A program made the position numbers and the translations under genes. The notes under the pieces were generated by a model. That model saw only the letters and a list, made by a program, of their open reading frames with translations. It searched no databases and was not told where the DNA came from. Shown here in pieces: positions 35,078-43,129 of a DNA stretch of 64,000 bases. This stretch comes from Candidatus Limnocylindria bacterium (GTDB lineage: Bacteria > Chloroflexota > Limnocylindria > QHBO01), in the NCBI GenBank assembly GCA_050692055.1, contig JBOGTC010000013.1, positions 2,202-66,201 on the forward strand, in the 5' to 3' direction. Each line of letters opens with the position of its first letter. Position 1 is the first letter of the stretch.

Positions 35078-36184
35078 TCAGCTCAGGTGAGGAGCCATGG
35101 CGTCGAACAGCGCCGCCACGGGGATCGGGTAGGGGTGACGCACGATATAGCTTGGCCTTCCCTTCAGCATCCGGGCAAGCTGCTGGTGCTCGCGTTCCGT
35201 CACGTGATCAAGCAGGTCGTTTCGTCGCTCGGGGAATGCGAAGCGAAACTTCAGGTAGTAGGCCACCAGATCCAGCCGCTCATGGTGCAGCGAGAAGGCC
35301 ATTCGCGCAGCAACCTCATCCGAATCGATCGGCTCGACGGTGACCCGCTCGCTGGCGTGACTCACCACGAAGAAGATGCGCTCCGGCGTGCCGCCAGCCC
35401 TGCATGCCGCTTCACCGAAGAGCCGTTCCGGCGCAAGATGGACGAAGAGTTGGCGCTCGATCAACGGCATGGCGCGCCGCATCATGGCGCGTGGGCCGCC
35501 ACCCTGCCGTGCGCCTCGCGCGAGGCGCGTCACCGAGGCCAGACCACCGAGCCGCGCCCGATCACGCCATCCGACCCGGCTCCGATATTCCGGCACCTGT
35601 GAGAGATGCCAGTCCCACAGCTTGATCGGCTCGGGCAGCCCGACCATCCGCCTGCCCCCGTCAGCGAGGTACACCCACTCGTCACCGATGTAGCTCGCGC
35701 CGTTGCGCATGAACGCCAGGAGGGCTTCCGTCTTGCCACCCTTGGCCCATCCGGTCACCAGGGCATCCATGCCGCGGTACTGGAACGCGGAGGCGTGCAG
35801 AGCAACGGCGTCGTTGCCGAGCGCCGTCAGGTTGATGATGGGCACCAGCAGCGGAACGGCAGGCACGCCACGCTCACACACGATCTCGCACGATCGTCCA
35901 ACTCGGTCGAGCGGGATCTGCACCCGGGCACGTGCCTTGTACTTGCTGCGCAGCACGAGAAAAGCGTCGTCGGTGTAGGCAGCGTCATCCAGCCCGACCA
36001 GTCGCGGTGTCGAGCTGAGCGACAGGCGATCGACGAATCGGATCACGATGTCTGGCTCGCGATCCAGGTTGCCCTGAAGCGGCCCGAGCTGGCGGTCCAC
36101 AGCCGCCGCATCCCGCGGAGCGGCGTCGATCAGACGAATGCCAACGAGGCCGTGAAGGTCATAGTCAATGCGCTCGCTAGGCAC
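35078..36184 (-). CDS. HPr-kinase-C-terminal-domain-like (HprK-related) kinase
   Basis: LHASAFQYRGMDALVTGWAKGGKTEALLAFMRNGASYIGDEWV matches the HprK pattern HAS..v..G.GvLi.G.SG.GKSe.AL.L...G..lv.DD. GTG at 36184 overlaps the upstream epimerase stop by 8 nt. The longer ORF to 36352 would overlap it heavily. Confidence 0.6.
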   Translation of the reverse strand: MPSERIDYDLHGLVGIRLIDAAPRDAAAVDRQLGPLQGNLDREPDIVIRFVDRLSLSSTPRLVGLDDAAYTDDAFLVLRSKYKARARVQIPLDRVGRSCEIVCERGVPAVPLLVPIINLTALGNDAVALHASAFQYRGMDALVTGWAKGGKTEALLAFMRNGASYIGDEWVYLADGGRRMVGLPEPIKLWDWHLSQVPEYRSRVGWRDRARLGGLASVTRLARGARQGGGPRAMMRRAMPLIERQLFVHLAPERLFGEAACRAGGTPERIFFVVSHASERVTVEPIDSDEVAARMAFSLHHERLDLVAYYLKFRFAFPERRNDLLDHVTEREHQQLARMLKGRPSYIVRHPYPIPVAALFDAMAPHLS

Positions 36185-37163
36185 TGGCCGCTTGTGCGAG
36201 CGTCGAGGCTCGCTCCCGAACCTGCCGCTCGATCCAGCGATAGGTCGGGACCAGGCCCTCCTCCAATGAGATCTGCGGCTCCCATCCCAGCACCTCACGC
36301 AGGCGCGTGTTGTCGGAGTTTCGCCCGCGGACCCCCTGCGGACCCTCGACATGGCTGAGGGTGATGTCCTTCTTGCCGGAGATGGCGATGATGATTGCCG
36401 CCAGCTCGTTGATGCTCACCATGCGGTCGGTCCCGAGGTTGATCGGATCGCCGTGGTCTGACTGCATGATCCGGTAGATCCCCTCGACGCAATCGTCGAC
36501 GTGGCAGAAGGACCGCGTCTGTTCGCCGTCGCCCCAGATCTCGACCGTTCCCCCGGACTCGGCCGCGGCCACCTTCCTGCACAACGCCGCCGGCACCTTT
36601 TCGCGTCCGCCATCGAAGGTGCCGTTCGGGCCGTAGATGTTGTGGAAGCGTACGACGCGAGTCTCGATACCGTGCTCGCCGGTGTAGTACGTGCACAGCA
36701 GCTCCGAGATCAGCTTCTCCCAGCCATAGGCATCCTGTGGCTGGGCCGGGTATGCATCCTCCTCCTTCAGCGGCTTGACGTTGGCATCTGTCTGCAGGAA
36801 CTCTGGATAGACGCAGGCGGAGGAGCTGTACAGGTAGCGGCCCACGCCGTGCTCGCGGGCAGCCTCCAACGTATGAAAGTTCATGAGCGCGTTGTTGTAG
36901 AGGATCGTTGCGTGGTTGGCCGAGATGAAGCCCATGCCTCCCATATCCGCCGCCAGGGCATAGACCTGGTCCACCCCGCGCGTTGCCTCGACACACTCTT
37001 CCCGCAGGCGGAGGTCCCGGATCTCGAACTCATCCGCATCCACCTCGGTGAACTCCGGGTACTTGATGTCCACGCCGCGGACCCAGTAGCCCCGCTCTTT
37101 CAGGTATGTCACCAGGTGATGGCCGATGAATCCACCAGCCCCTGTCACGAGAACTCGCTGCAC
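36177..37163 (-). CDS. GDP-mannose 3,5-epimerase-like NAD-dependent SDR
   Basis: Has VLVTGAGGFIGHHL, LAADMGGMGFI, SSACVYP, YGWEKLISE (YxxxK), RFHNIYGP and GVRGRNSDN. Confidence 0.85.
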   Translation of the reverse strand: MQRVLVTGAGGFIGHHLVTYLKERGYWVRGVDIKYPEFTEVDADEFEIRDLRLREECVEATRGVDQVYALAADMGGMGFISANHATILYNNALMNFHTLEAAREHGVGRYLYSSSACVYPEFLQTDANVKPLKEEDAYPAQPQDAYGWEKLISELLCTYYTGEHGIETRVVRFHNIYGPNGTFDGGREKVPAALCRKVAAAESGGTVEIWGDGEQTRSFCHVDDCVEGIYRIMQSDHGDPINLGTDRMVSINELAAIIIAISGKKDITLSHVEGPQGVRGRNSDNTRLREVLGWEPQISLEEGLVPTYRWIERQVRERASTLAQAASA

Positions 37164-37413
37164 CGTGATGCTCCTCCCTAGGATTCGATGATCGTCCCGC
37201 GACGCGATCGCTTCGGGGACGCTGGCTATCGTGCAGCATAGGCGTCATTCGGACCAGTACCCGAGCAGTACTCCTGTTGAGCGGAGTCACCGCTTTTCGG
37301 TCCGCGTGCTTGGAGGCTGCGTGGGGCTATCATATGATGCCGCGGCCCAGGAGGGGCCGCACCACGCGTCCGGCGCGTTCGTTTGTGAGGGGGGGACAAG
37401 GCTGATCACAGGA

Positions 37414-38529
37414 ATGAGGGCGCGCCCCGTGGATGTCATGCTGGGCACTTCAAGCAGCGAGTCGGCGGTCCATCCCGTCCTGCGCCAGCTATTCGCCGCG
37501 CTCGAACAGAACCGCGTGCGCTGGTGCGTGCTGCGCGGAGAGGATCGGCTCGATGGCACGGCCGGAGACGTCGATATCCTGGTGGCCGGCGGCGATCGGG
37601 AACGGCTGCGCCGCATCGCGAGTGAGCTTGGCTTCGCTCGCATTCCGTCGTGGGGCTACGTATCGCATCTCTTCCTGCTGGCGTACGATCCGCGAAGCGA
37701 CCGCTGGCTCAAGCTCGACGTCGTCAGCGAGCTGGCGTTCGGGCCGTACTACTCGTTGCTGCTGCCAGCGGCGGACGAGTCTCTCCTGCATCGTCGGACG
37801 CAGGATGGGGTGGCGCTGCTATCCGATTCGGATGCCTACTGGGCGCTGGCGCTCCACGCCCTGCTGGACAAGCGGGAGGTCACCGACAGCCAGGCCGCGC
37901 GCCTCAAAGAGCTCGAGCCCCGAACGAGCGGCCGGGGCGCGATCGAGCGCGAGCTGACGAGGCTGGCGCCCGACGGCTGGATCGGTCGCTTCAAGCGCTC
38001 CCTGGAGCGCGGAGAATCGGTCGGCTTCGGCCAGTATGCCGACGAGCTCTCCAGAGCCTGGACGCGGCGGCAGCGCGGCGCGAGCTGGCGACGAAGGATC
38101 GCGGGCTTCATATTGCGTCGGGCCGCGGTGGTGCTTCGATTGCGCCAACCACGCGGCATGGGTGTGGTGCTGAGGCCCACCGGGCAGGCCGCCATGCTCG
38201 CGGCCGATCTTCGACGATCGTTCTACTTTCCGGTCAGGTGGCTGTCAGCCGAGGCGGCAGGCCGCGGGCCTGCCAGCCTCCTCGCCGAGATGACCCGCCG
38301 GCTGCGCTTCAGGCTCATGCGGAGCCGCGGCGCGCTGATCGTGTTGGACTGTCCCGCTCCGAGTGATGAAGATGAGTTGGTTCGTTGCGGCGGCATTGCA
38401 CCGGACGTGGTGATTGCCATCGCGCCTGGTAACGACCGCGGACAGCTACGACGCGAGGTCACCGCCGCGCTATGGCAGGCCCTCGCCGCTCAATGGAAGA
38501 AGAACGAGAGCCGAGCGAACCACCGCTAG
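37414..38529 (+). CDS. Two-domain hypothetical: nucleotidyltransferase-like N-domain (GDVDILV) plus a P-loop-kinase-like C-domain with a destroyed Walker A
   Basis: N-domain RWCVLRGEDRLDGTAGDVDILVAG...LGFARIP...YDPRSDRWLKLDVV. C-domain GVVLRPTGQAAMLAADLRRSFYFPVRWL ... RGALIVLDCPAPSD ... APDVVIAIAPGND aligns with the P-loop protein at 50192-51118. The start is uncertain (37414 or 37438). Confidence 0.5.
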   Translation: MRARPVDVMLGTSSSESAVHPVLRQLFAALEQNRVRWCVLRGEDRLDGTAGDVDILVAGGDRERLRRIASELGFARIPSWGYVSHLFLLAYDPRSDRWLKLDVVSELAFGPYYSLLLPAADESLLHRRTQDGVALLSDSDAYWALALHALLDKREVTDSQAARLKELEPRTSGRGAIERELTRLAPDGWIGRFKRSLERGESVGFGQYADELSRAWTRRQRGASWRRRIAGFILRRAAVVLRLRQPRGMGVVLRPTGQAAMLAADLRRSFYFPVRWLSAEAAGRGPASLLAEMTRRLRFRLMRSRGALIVLDCPAPSDEDELVRCGGIAPDVVIAIAPGNDRGQLRREVTAALWQALAAQWKKNESRANHR

Positions 38530-38541
38530 AAGGAGCCCAGC

Positions 38542-39741
38542 GTGCGTATCCTGGTTTGCGCCTCCGATACCCCTCTGCCACCCACCAATACCGGCTACCG
38601 CCGACAGCTCCAGGGTCTGCTGCCGGAGCTGCGCAAGCGGAACGATGTCAGCTTCATCGGCTACCGAATGCCAGATCAGGAGCCGCCACTGCAGGACCAG
38701 CCGGGCACCCGGATCATCTCTTACCAGCGTCCGGGAGCCGCGGGCAACGTGGCCGACATCGCGCTCGCCTTCCTGCAGCAACGGCCGCTGCGGGCGCACC
38801 GCTTTGCGGCGGGGCTTCGCCAGGCGCTGCACGACGAGCTTCGCGACTTCAAGCCGGATGTCATCCACGTGGGGCCGGGGAAGCTGGCCGGGCTATTGCC
38901 AGACCTCGCTGGACGGCCCTCGGTGCTGGGCGTGATGGACACCTGGCACCTCAACGTCGAGGCACGGGCGACCACAGCGGGTGGGCTGCGCGCCGCCCTG
39001 CTGCGTAGCGACGTCAGCCGCATCCGACGGTTCGAGGCCAACCGCTACCGGGGCTGGGACCGAGTGGTGCCGAGCAACGAGGATGATCTCGAGACCCTCC
39101 GCTCCCTCGATCCGACCCTGCCCCTGGCCCTGATCCCGATCGGCTTCGACGCGAGCGCCTACGCACCGGACCCCCATGCCGTGCGCGATCCCAATCGGAT
39201 CATCTTCCACGGGGCGATGGCGTACGCGCCCAATATCGTGGCGGCCGAGTTCCTCGCCCGGCAGGTCCTGCCGCGCGTTCGAGCCGTTCGGCCGCAGGCC
39301 CACCTCGCGATCGTCGGCCGCGACCCGGCGCCTCGCGTGGAGGCGCTGGGAAGCCTGCCCGGAGTGACGGTGACCGGCGGCGTGGACGACATGCGCTCAT
39401 GGCTCACCGGCAGCCAGGTTTGGGCCGGGCCCTTCCTCTCGGGCACCGGCATCAAGACCAAGCTGCTCGAGGCCATGGCAACGGATCTGCCGTGCGTCGT
39501 CACCCCGCTCGGCGGTCGCGGGCTCGACCTCTCATCCGGCAGCTTCATGGTGGGATCGACCGAGGAGGAGCTGGCCACCCTGCTGGTCAAGGTCCTGGAG
39601 GACGACGAGCACGCGCGCAGTCTCGGCCGCGCCGGTGGGGATTACGTCCGCTCGCGCTACGACTGGCCAGTGGTCGGGAGGGCCTTCGAGCGGCTGTACG
39701 AGGACGTCATCGCCGAGAAGGCGGTACGGGCTGCCGGCTGA
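38542..39741 (+). CDS. Glycosyltransferase family 4 (stp1-like), paralog of 30160-31353
   Basis: GTG start. Has RILVCASDTPLPPTNTGYRRQLQGLL and TGIKTKLLEAMATDLPCVVTPLGGRGL. Confidence 0.85.
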   Translation: MRILVCASDTPLPPTNTGYRRQLQGLLPELRKRNDVSFIGYRMPDQEPPLQDQPGTRIISYQRPGAAGNVADIALAFLQQRPLRAHRFAAGLRQALHDELRDFKPDVIHVGPGKLAGLLPDLAGRPSVLGVMDTWHLNVEARATTAGGLRAALLRSDVSRIRRFEANRYRGWDRVVPSNEDDLETLRSLDPTLPLALIPIGFDASAYAPDPHAVRDPNRIIFHGAMAYAPNIVAAEFLARQVLPRVRAVRPQAHLAIVGRDPAPRVEALGSLPGVTVTGGVDDMRSWLTGSQVWAGPFLSGTGIKTKLLEAMATDLPCVVTPLGGRGLDLSSGSFMVGSTEEELATLLVKVLEDDEHARSLGRAGGDYVRSRYDWPVVGRAFERLYEDVIAEKAVRAAG

Positions 39742-39772
39742 TGGCCCCCGCGGATTGGGCAGTGACCTGTCG

Positions 39773-41527
39773 GTGAGCGGCCCGGCGCCGGGCGCGGGTG
39801 CCACGCTAAGGCTGGCGGTCGGTCCCGACCTGGGCCCCGGCGAGAATGTTGCCGGAGACGTCAGTGGCGCGGCCTGGACCTATCTCCTGCCGCGGCGACA
39901 GGTGCGCGCCATTCTCAGCCTGGGACACCTGCCCAGCGCGACGGAGAGGACGCTGCTCGACATCGCCGAGGAGCTGATCGTCACGCCTGACTCGGGCATC
40001 GCCGAGGGCCGATCCACCGAGGGGGACGCGACCATCCGGGAGCTCGGCCCCGTCCAGGGCGCGCGGTGGCCGCTGGCCGACGCCAGCGTCGAGCTCATCG
40101 TTGCAACCGACCGGGCATGGACGCGCAGGCTGGCGGAGGAGCCCGCGCTGGCCACCGATCTCCAGAGGGTCGTGACGCCGGAGGGCTTCATCTTCGTCCA
40201 GCTCGCCGGCGAGCCCGAGCTTGCCTCCGGTGACGGTCACCTGCCGGCCGGCTTCGCCCGCCGCGACCTGCTCTGGCTGAGCACCAGCAGCGACGAGGTT
40301 CGCGCGGCAGCGCCCGCGCGCGATCGGTGCGCGATCCGGTTCCTCGTGAGCCACTCGCGGAAGAGAACCGGTGCGTGGCTTCCATCGCGCCTGCGCGATC
40401 TGACGAGGCGGCTACGGGGTCGACGAGTCCCGTCCGCCCTGCTGCAGAGCACCGGAGCAGTGCGCTGGCGGGACGGCTCACAGGGTCTGGATGCCCCGCC
40501 GCAGTACTTGATCGAGGCGGCCGCCTCGGCAGGGCTGGACATCTCACGCCATGGCTGGGCGCTCGTCGAGCCCGGCACCTATCTGACGAAGAAGCCGCTC
40601 ATCTTTCTCTTTGCGCCGGAGAGCCCCAAACCGGAGCTCGTCGTCAAGCTCGCTCGGGAGGCCCGACTCAACCATCGCGTCGAGAACGCGCTGCGGGCCC
40701 TCCAGATGCTCGACGGTCAGCCCTCCACGCTGCGTCGCGCATTCCCCCGCGCAGCATTCTCCGGCGAGCACGGTGGCCTCGCCTTTCTGGCCGAAACGGT
40801 CATCCATGGCACCCCGCTCCAGGAGCACCTCGCGCGACAGGCCTCCGATGCCCAGCTGCGAGGCATGGTCGAATGGCTGATCGATCTGGGACTGGCCACG
40901 GCCGATGCCGGCGTGGCGACAGCCACCGAGATTGCGGGCGGCCTGGACGAGATGCTGCAGCAGTTCATCGCCATCTACCGTCCGGCTGAGCGTTATCGGC
41001 GATTCCTGGCCGCACAGATCGAGCGGGTCTCGATGGCGACTGCCCCTTTCCCGCTCGTGCTTCAGCATGGCGACGCCGGCACCTGGAACGTCCTGGTCGA
41101 CGAGGACGCGCAGCCCCATCTCATCGATTGGGAGGCATCCGTGCCGCATGGCCTTCCGCTCTGGGACCTCTTCTACTTCTTTCGCAGCTTCGCCGTCAGG
41201 GAATCGAAGCTCCGAGGCTCCCGCGACACGCTCGCCGCATTCATCCGACAATTCTTGCAGGCCGGCCCGCTCCTCGCCCCGCTGTCACAGTCGTGCGCGC
41301 GCTTCTGCGCGGAATCGGGTCTCGAGCCACGCCTCGTCGAGCCGCTCTTCTACACCTGCTGGATGCACCGTGCGCTCAAGGAGGCCAGCACGCTTGCCAC
41401 CTCGAGCCTCAGGCATGGCCATTACGTCAAGCTGCTGCTCCGCTGCATCGACGCTGATCAGGCCCCCGGGCTGTCGCACCTGTTCGGCGGCGCCATGGGC
41501 CGTTCGGTTGGGAGCGACCGGTCGTAG
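39773..41527 (+). CDS. Two-domain protein: Rossmann/methyltransferase-like N-region plus an APH-fold kinase C-domain
   Basis: GTG at 39773 is the first start after the upstream stop (the ORF opens at 39635 inside the GT4 gene). The kinase loop is LVLQHGDAGTWNVLVDEDAQPHLIDWEAS. The N-region has ILSLGHL...ADASVELIVATD...PEGFIFVQL. Confidence 0.6.
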   Translation: MSGPAPGAGATLRLAVGPDLGPGENVAGDVSGAAWTYLLPRRQVRAILSLGHLPSATERTLLDIAEELIVTPDSGIAEGRSTEGDATIRELGPVQGARWPLADASVELIVATDRAWTRRLAEEPALATDLQRVVTPEGFIFVQLAGEPELASGDGHLPAGFARRDLLWLSTSSDEVRAAAPARDRCAIRFLVSHSRKRTGAWLPSRLRDLTRRLRGRRVPSALLQSTGAVRWRDGSQGLDAPPQYLIEAAASAGLDISRHGWALVEPGTYLTKKPLIFLFAPESPKPELVVKLAREARLNHRVENALRALQMLDGQPSTLRRAFPRAAFSGEHGGLAFLAETVIHGTPLQEHLARQASDAQLRGMVEWLIDLGLATADAGVATATEIAGGLDEMLQQFIAIYRPAERYRRFLAAQIERVSMATAPFPLVLQHGDAGTWNVLVDEDAQPHLIDWEASVPHGLPLWDLFYFFRSFAVRESKLRGSRDTLAAFIRQFLQAGPLLAPLSQSCARFCAESGLEPRLVEPLFYTCWMHRALKEASTLATSSLRHGHYVKLLLRCIDADQAPGLSHLFGGAMGRSVGSDRS

Positions 41528-41530
41528 GAG

Positions 41531-43129
41531 TCAGGGCCGGTGCGTCACGCCCGCCGCCGGGGCGCCCGCCAGGCTCGGCAACGCACCCGATCCGGTGACC
41601 GGTGAGCGTTCGGGTGCTGGTTCGGCGGCCTCGGCCCGTTCCCGTTCCTTTGCAAGGATCCAGACGGTGACGTTGGCAAGCGCCACCAGCAGCCAGAGGT
41701 AGCGGGCATAGGAAAGGTGCAGGAAGATGCCGGACATGAGGTATGCGGCCAGGCTGAGCTGGAAAGCTGACGCCCAATTCGCATACTCGGCACGCCGTGA
41801 CCGCCAGTAGGCTCGCGTGCGGCTCAGACCGACCCACGTCACCACAATGATCGCGAGGAACAGAGAGAGCCCCAGCAAGCCCAGGTCAGCCGCCATCTCG
41901 GCGTACAGGTTGTGTCCCCGCCGGCTGGTCCCGAAGTGTCTCATTCCGAGGTCATTCGCGACGTCCTGGGAGTACTCGACGAAGTACCGACCCGGCCCGA
42001 CTCCCACGATCGGGTTCTCGAAGAAGGTGACGAGGGCGGCGACGTTCGAGGTCGCTCGGCCGAGGATTGCCCCATCGGGGTCCTCTCCGGAGTCCGACAC
42101 GAGGCCGGCGACTCCGGTGAGCGTTTCGAGGCGCTCGACGAACTCGGGCGCGACGAGGGGAACCGAGATCGCTGCAACGAGCGTCAGCGCGAGCGCGTGC
42201 TTGAGCCTGATGTGGCGCATCAGCACGGCGAGGCCCACGACACCAACGAACGCGACGGCGGCGCCGCGCGAGAAGGTGAGGAGCATACCGGTCAGGATCA
42301 GGAAGCCGGCCACGACGGTCGCCGCACGCAGCCACCGCGAGCGCGTACTCAGGAACGCGAACGCCGCCAGCGGTAGCAGCACGATCATGATCTGGGCGTA
42401 GCGGTTCTTCGAGCCGATCGGCCCGCCGAGCCGCGGGCGCAACCCCTCCTCCACGACCTCCTCATCGGACGCCTCGCCACTCTGCGCAAAACCCCCGTAG
42501 TAGTTCTCGTAGGTTCCCGTCACCTCCTGGAAGAGCGACAGGCCGCCCATGAGCGTGCCCGCCAAGAGCAGCACGGCGATCGCCCAACGCACCATCTCCG
42601 GCGTCCGGATCGCGTTGACGACGAGTATGAAGAGGAGCATGCCTTCGGCGACATAGATGCCCATCCAAGCGGCCGAGGCGCGGACATCCGCCGAGAGGAG
42701 CGATGAGAGCATCTGCGCTCCCAGGAAGGCGATCATCAGGGGGAAGACCCTGGTCAGAACGACCTCCTGGCGGCGGATCAGGACATACCCCACGGCGGGC
42801 AGGCCGATCAGGACCGGTGACATGGCCGCCACCACGGTGGGCACCCCGTGGAAGTGCATCGCGACCACCGGCACGTTCGTATAGAAGATGAACAGGAAGA
42901 GGAGGATCGAGAGCCGCGGGTTGGCGATGAGCACGCCACCGGCGAACAGGAGCACGGATCCGAGCAAGAACGGCAGCGGGCTCTCGGCGAAGGCGATCGC
43001 GCCTCCCAGGACGGCAGCCATGGCGAGGCAGGCAACGGCGAGGAGAAGGCGGCCCCCGCGCCTGCGCTGCGTCGGGCTGACGGCGGGCAGCGGCAGGGCG
43101 GCGGGCAGCGACGGGGCGCCGGCGCTCAC
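41531..43129 (-). CDS. O-antigen polymerase/ligase family membrane protein (Wzy-like)
   Basis: About 11-12 TM segments. LLTFSRGAAVAFVGVVGL is a typical Wzy_C region. Followed by a large loop and terminal TMs. Its start overlaps the GT2 stop (ATGA). Confidence 0.75.
   Translation of the reverse strand: MSAGAPSLPAALPLPAVSPTQRRRGGRLLLAVACLAMAAVLGGAIAFAESPLPFLLGSVLLFAGGVLIANPRLSILLFLFIFYTNVPVVAMHFHGVPTVVAAMSPVLIGLPAVGYVLIRRQEVVLTRVFPLMIAFLGAQMLSSLLSADVRASAAWMGIYVAEGMLLFILVVNAIRTPEMVRWAIAVLLLAGTLMGGLSLFQEVTGTYENYYGGFAQSGEASDEEVVEEGLRPRLGGPIGSKNRYAQIMIVLLPLAAFAFLSTRSRWLRAATVVAGFLILTGMLLTFSRGAAVAFVGVVGLAVLMRHIRLKHALALTLVAAISVPLVAPEFVERLETLTGVAGLVSDSGEDPDGAILGRATSNVAALVTFFENPIVGVGPGRYFVEYSQDVANDLGMRHFGTSRRGHNLYAEMAADLGLLGLSLFLAIIVVTWVGLSRTRAYWRSRRAEYANWASAFQLSLAAYLMSGIFLHLSYARYLWLLVALANVTVWILAKERERAEAAEPAPERSPVTGSGALPSLAGAPAAGVTHRP

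Noticed and set aside
34345-38529. A lasso-peptide or other RiPP cluster, because HprK-like kinases, nucleotidyltransferase-like proteins and sulfotransferases accompany some lasso loci.
   Set aside because: The window has no asparagine-synthetase-like cyclase, no transglutaminase-like protease or PqqD-like RRE, and no convincing short precursor ORF. The surrounding genes are glycan-assembly genes.
39635-39772. The upstream extension of the 39635-41527 ORF (start at ATG 39635).
   Set aside because: It would overlap the last 107 nt of the GT4 gene in another frame, and its translation is Gly/Ser/Arg/Pro noise. The GTG at 39773 just after the GT4 stop is more plausible, though the true start remains uncertain.
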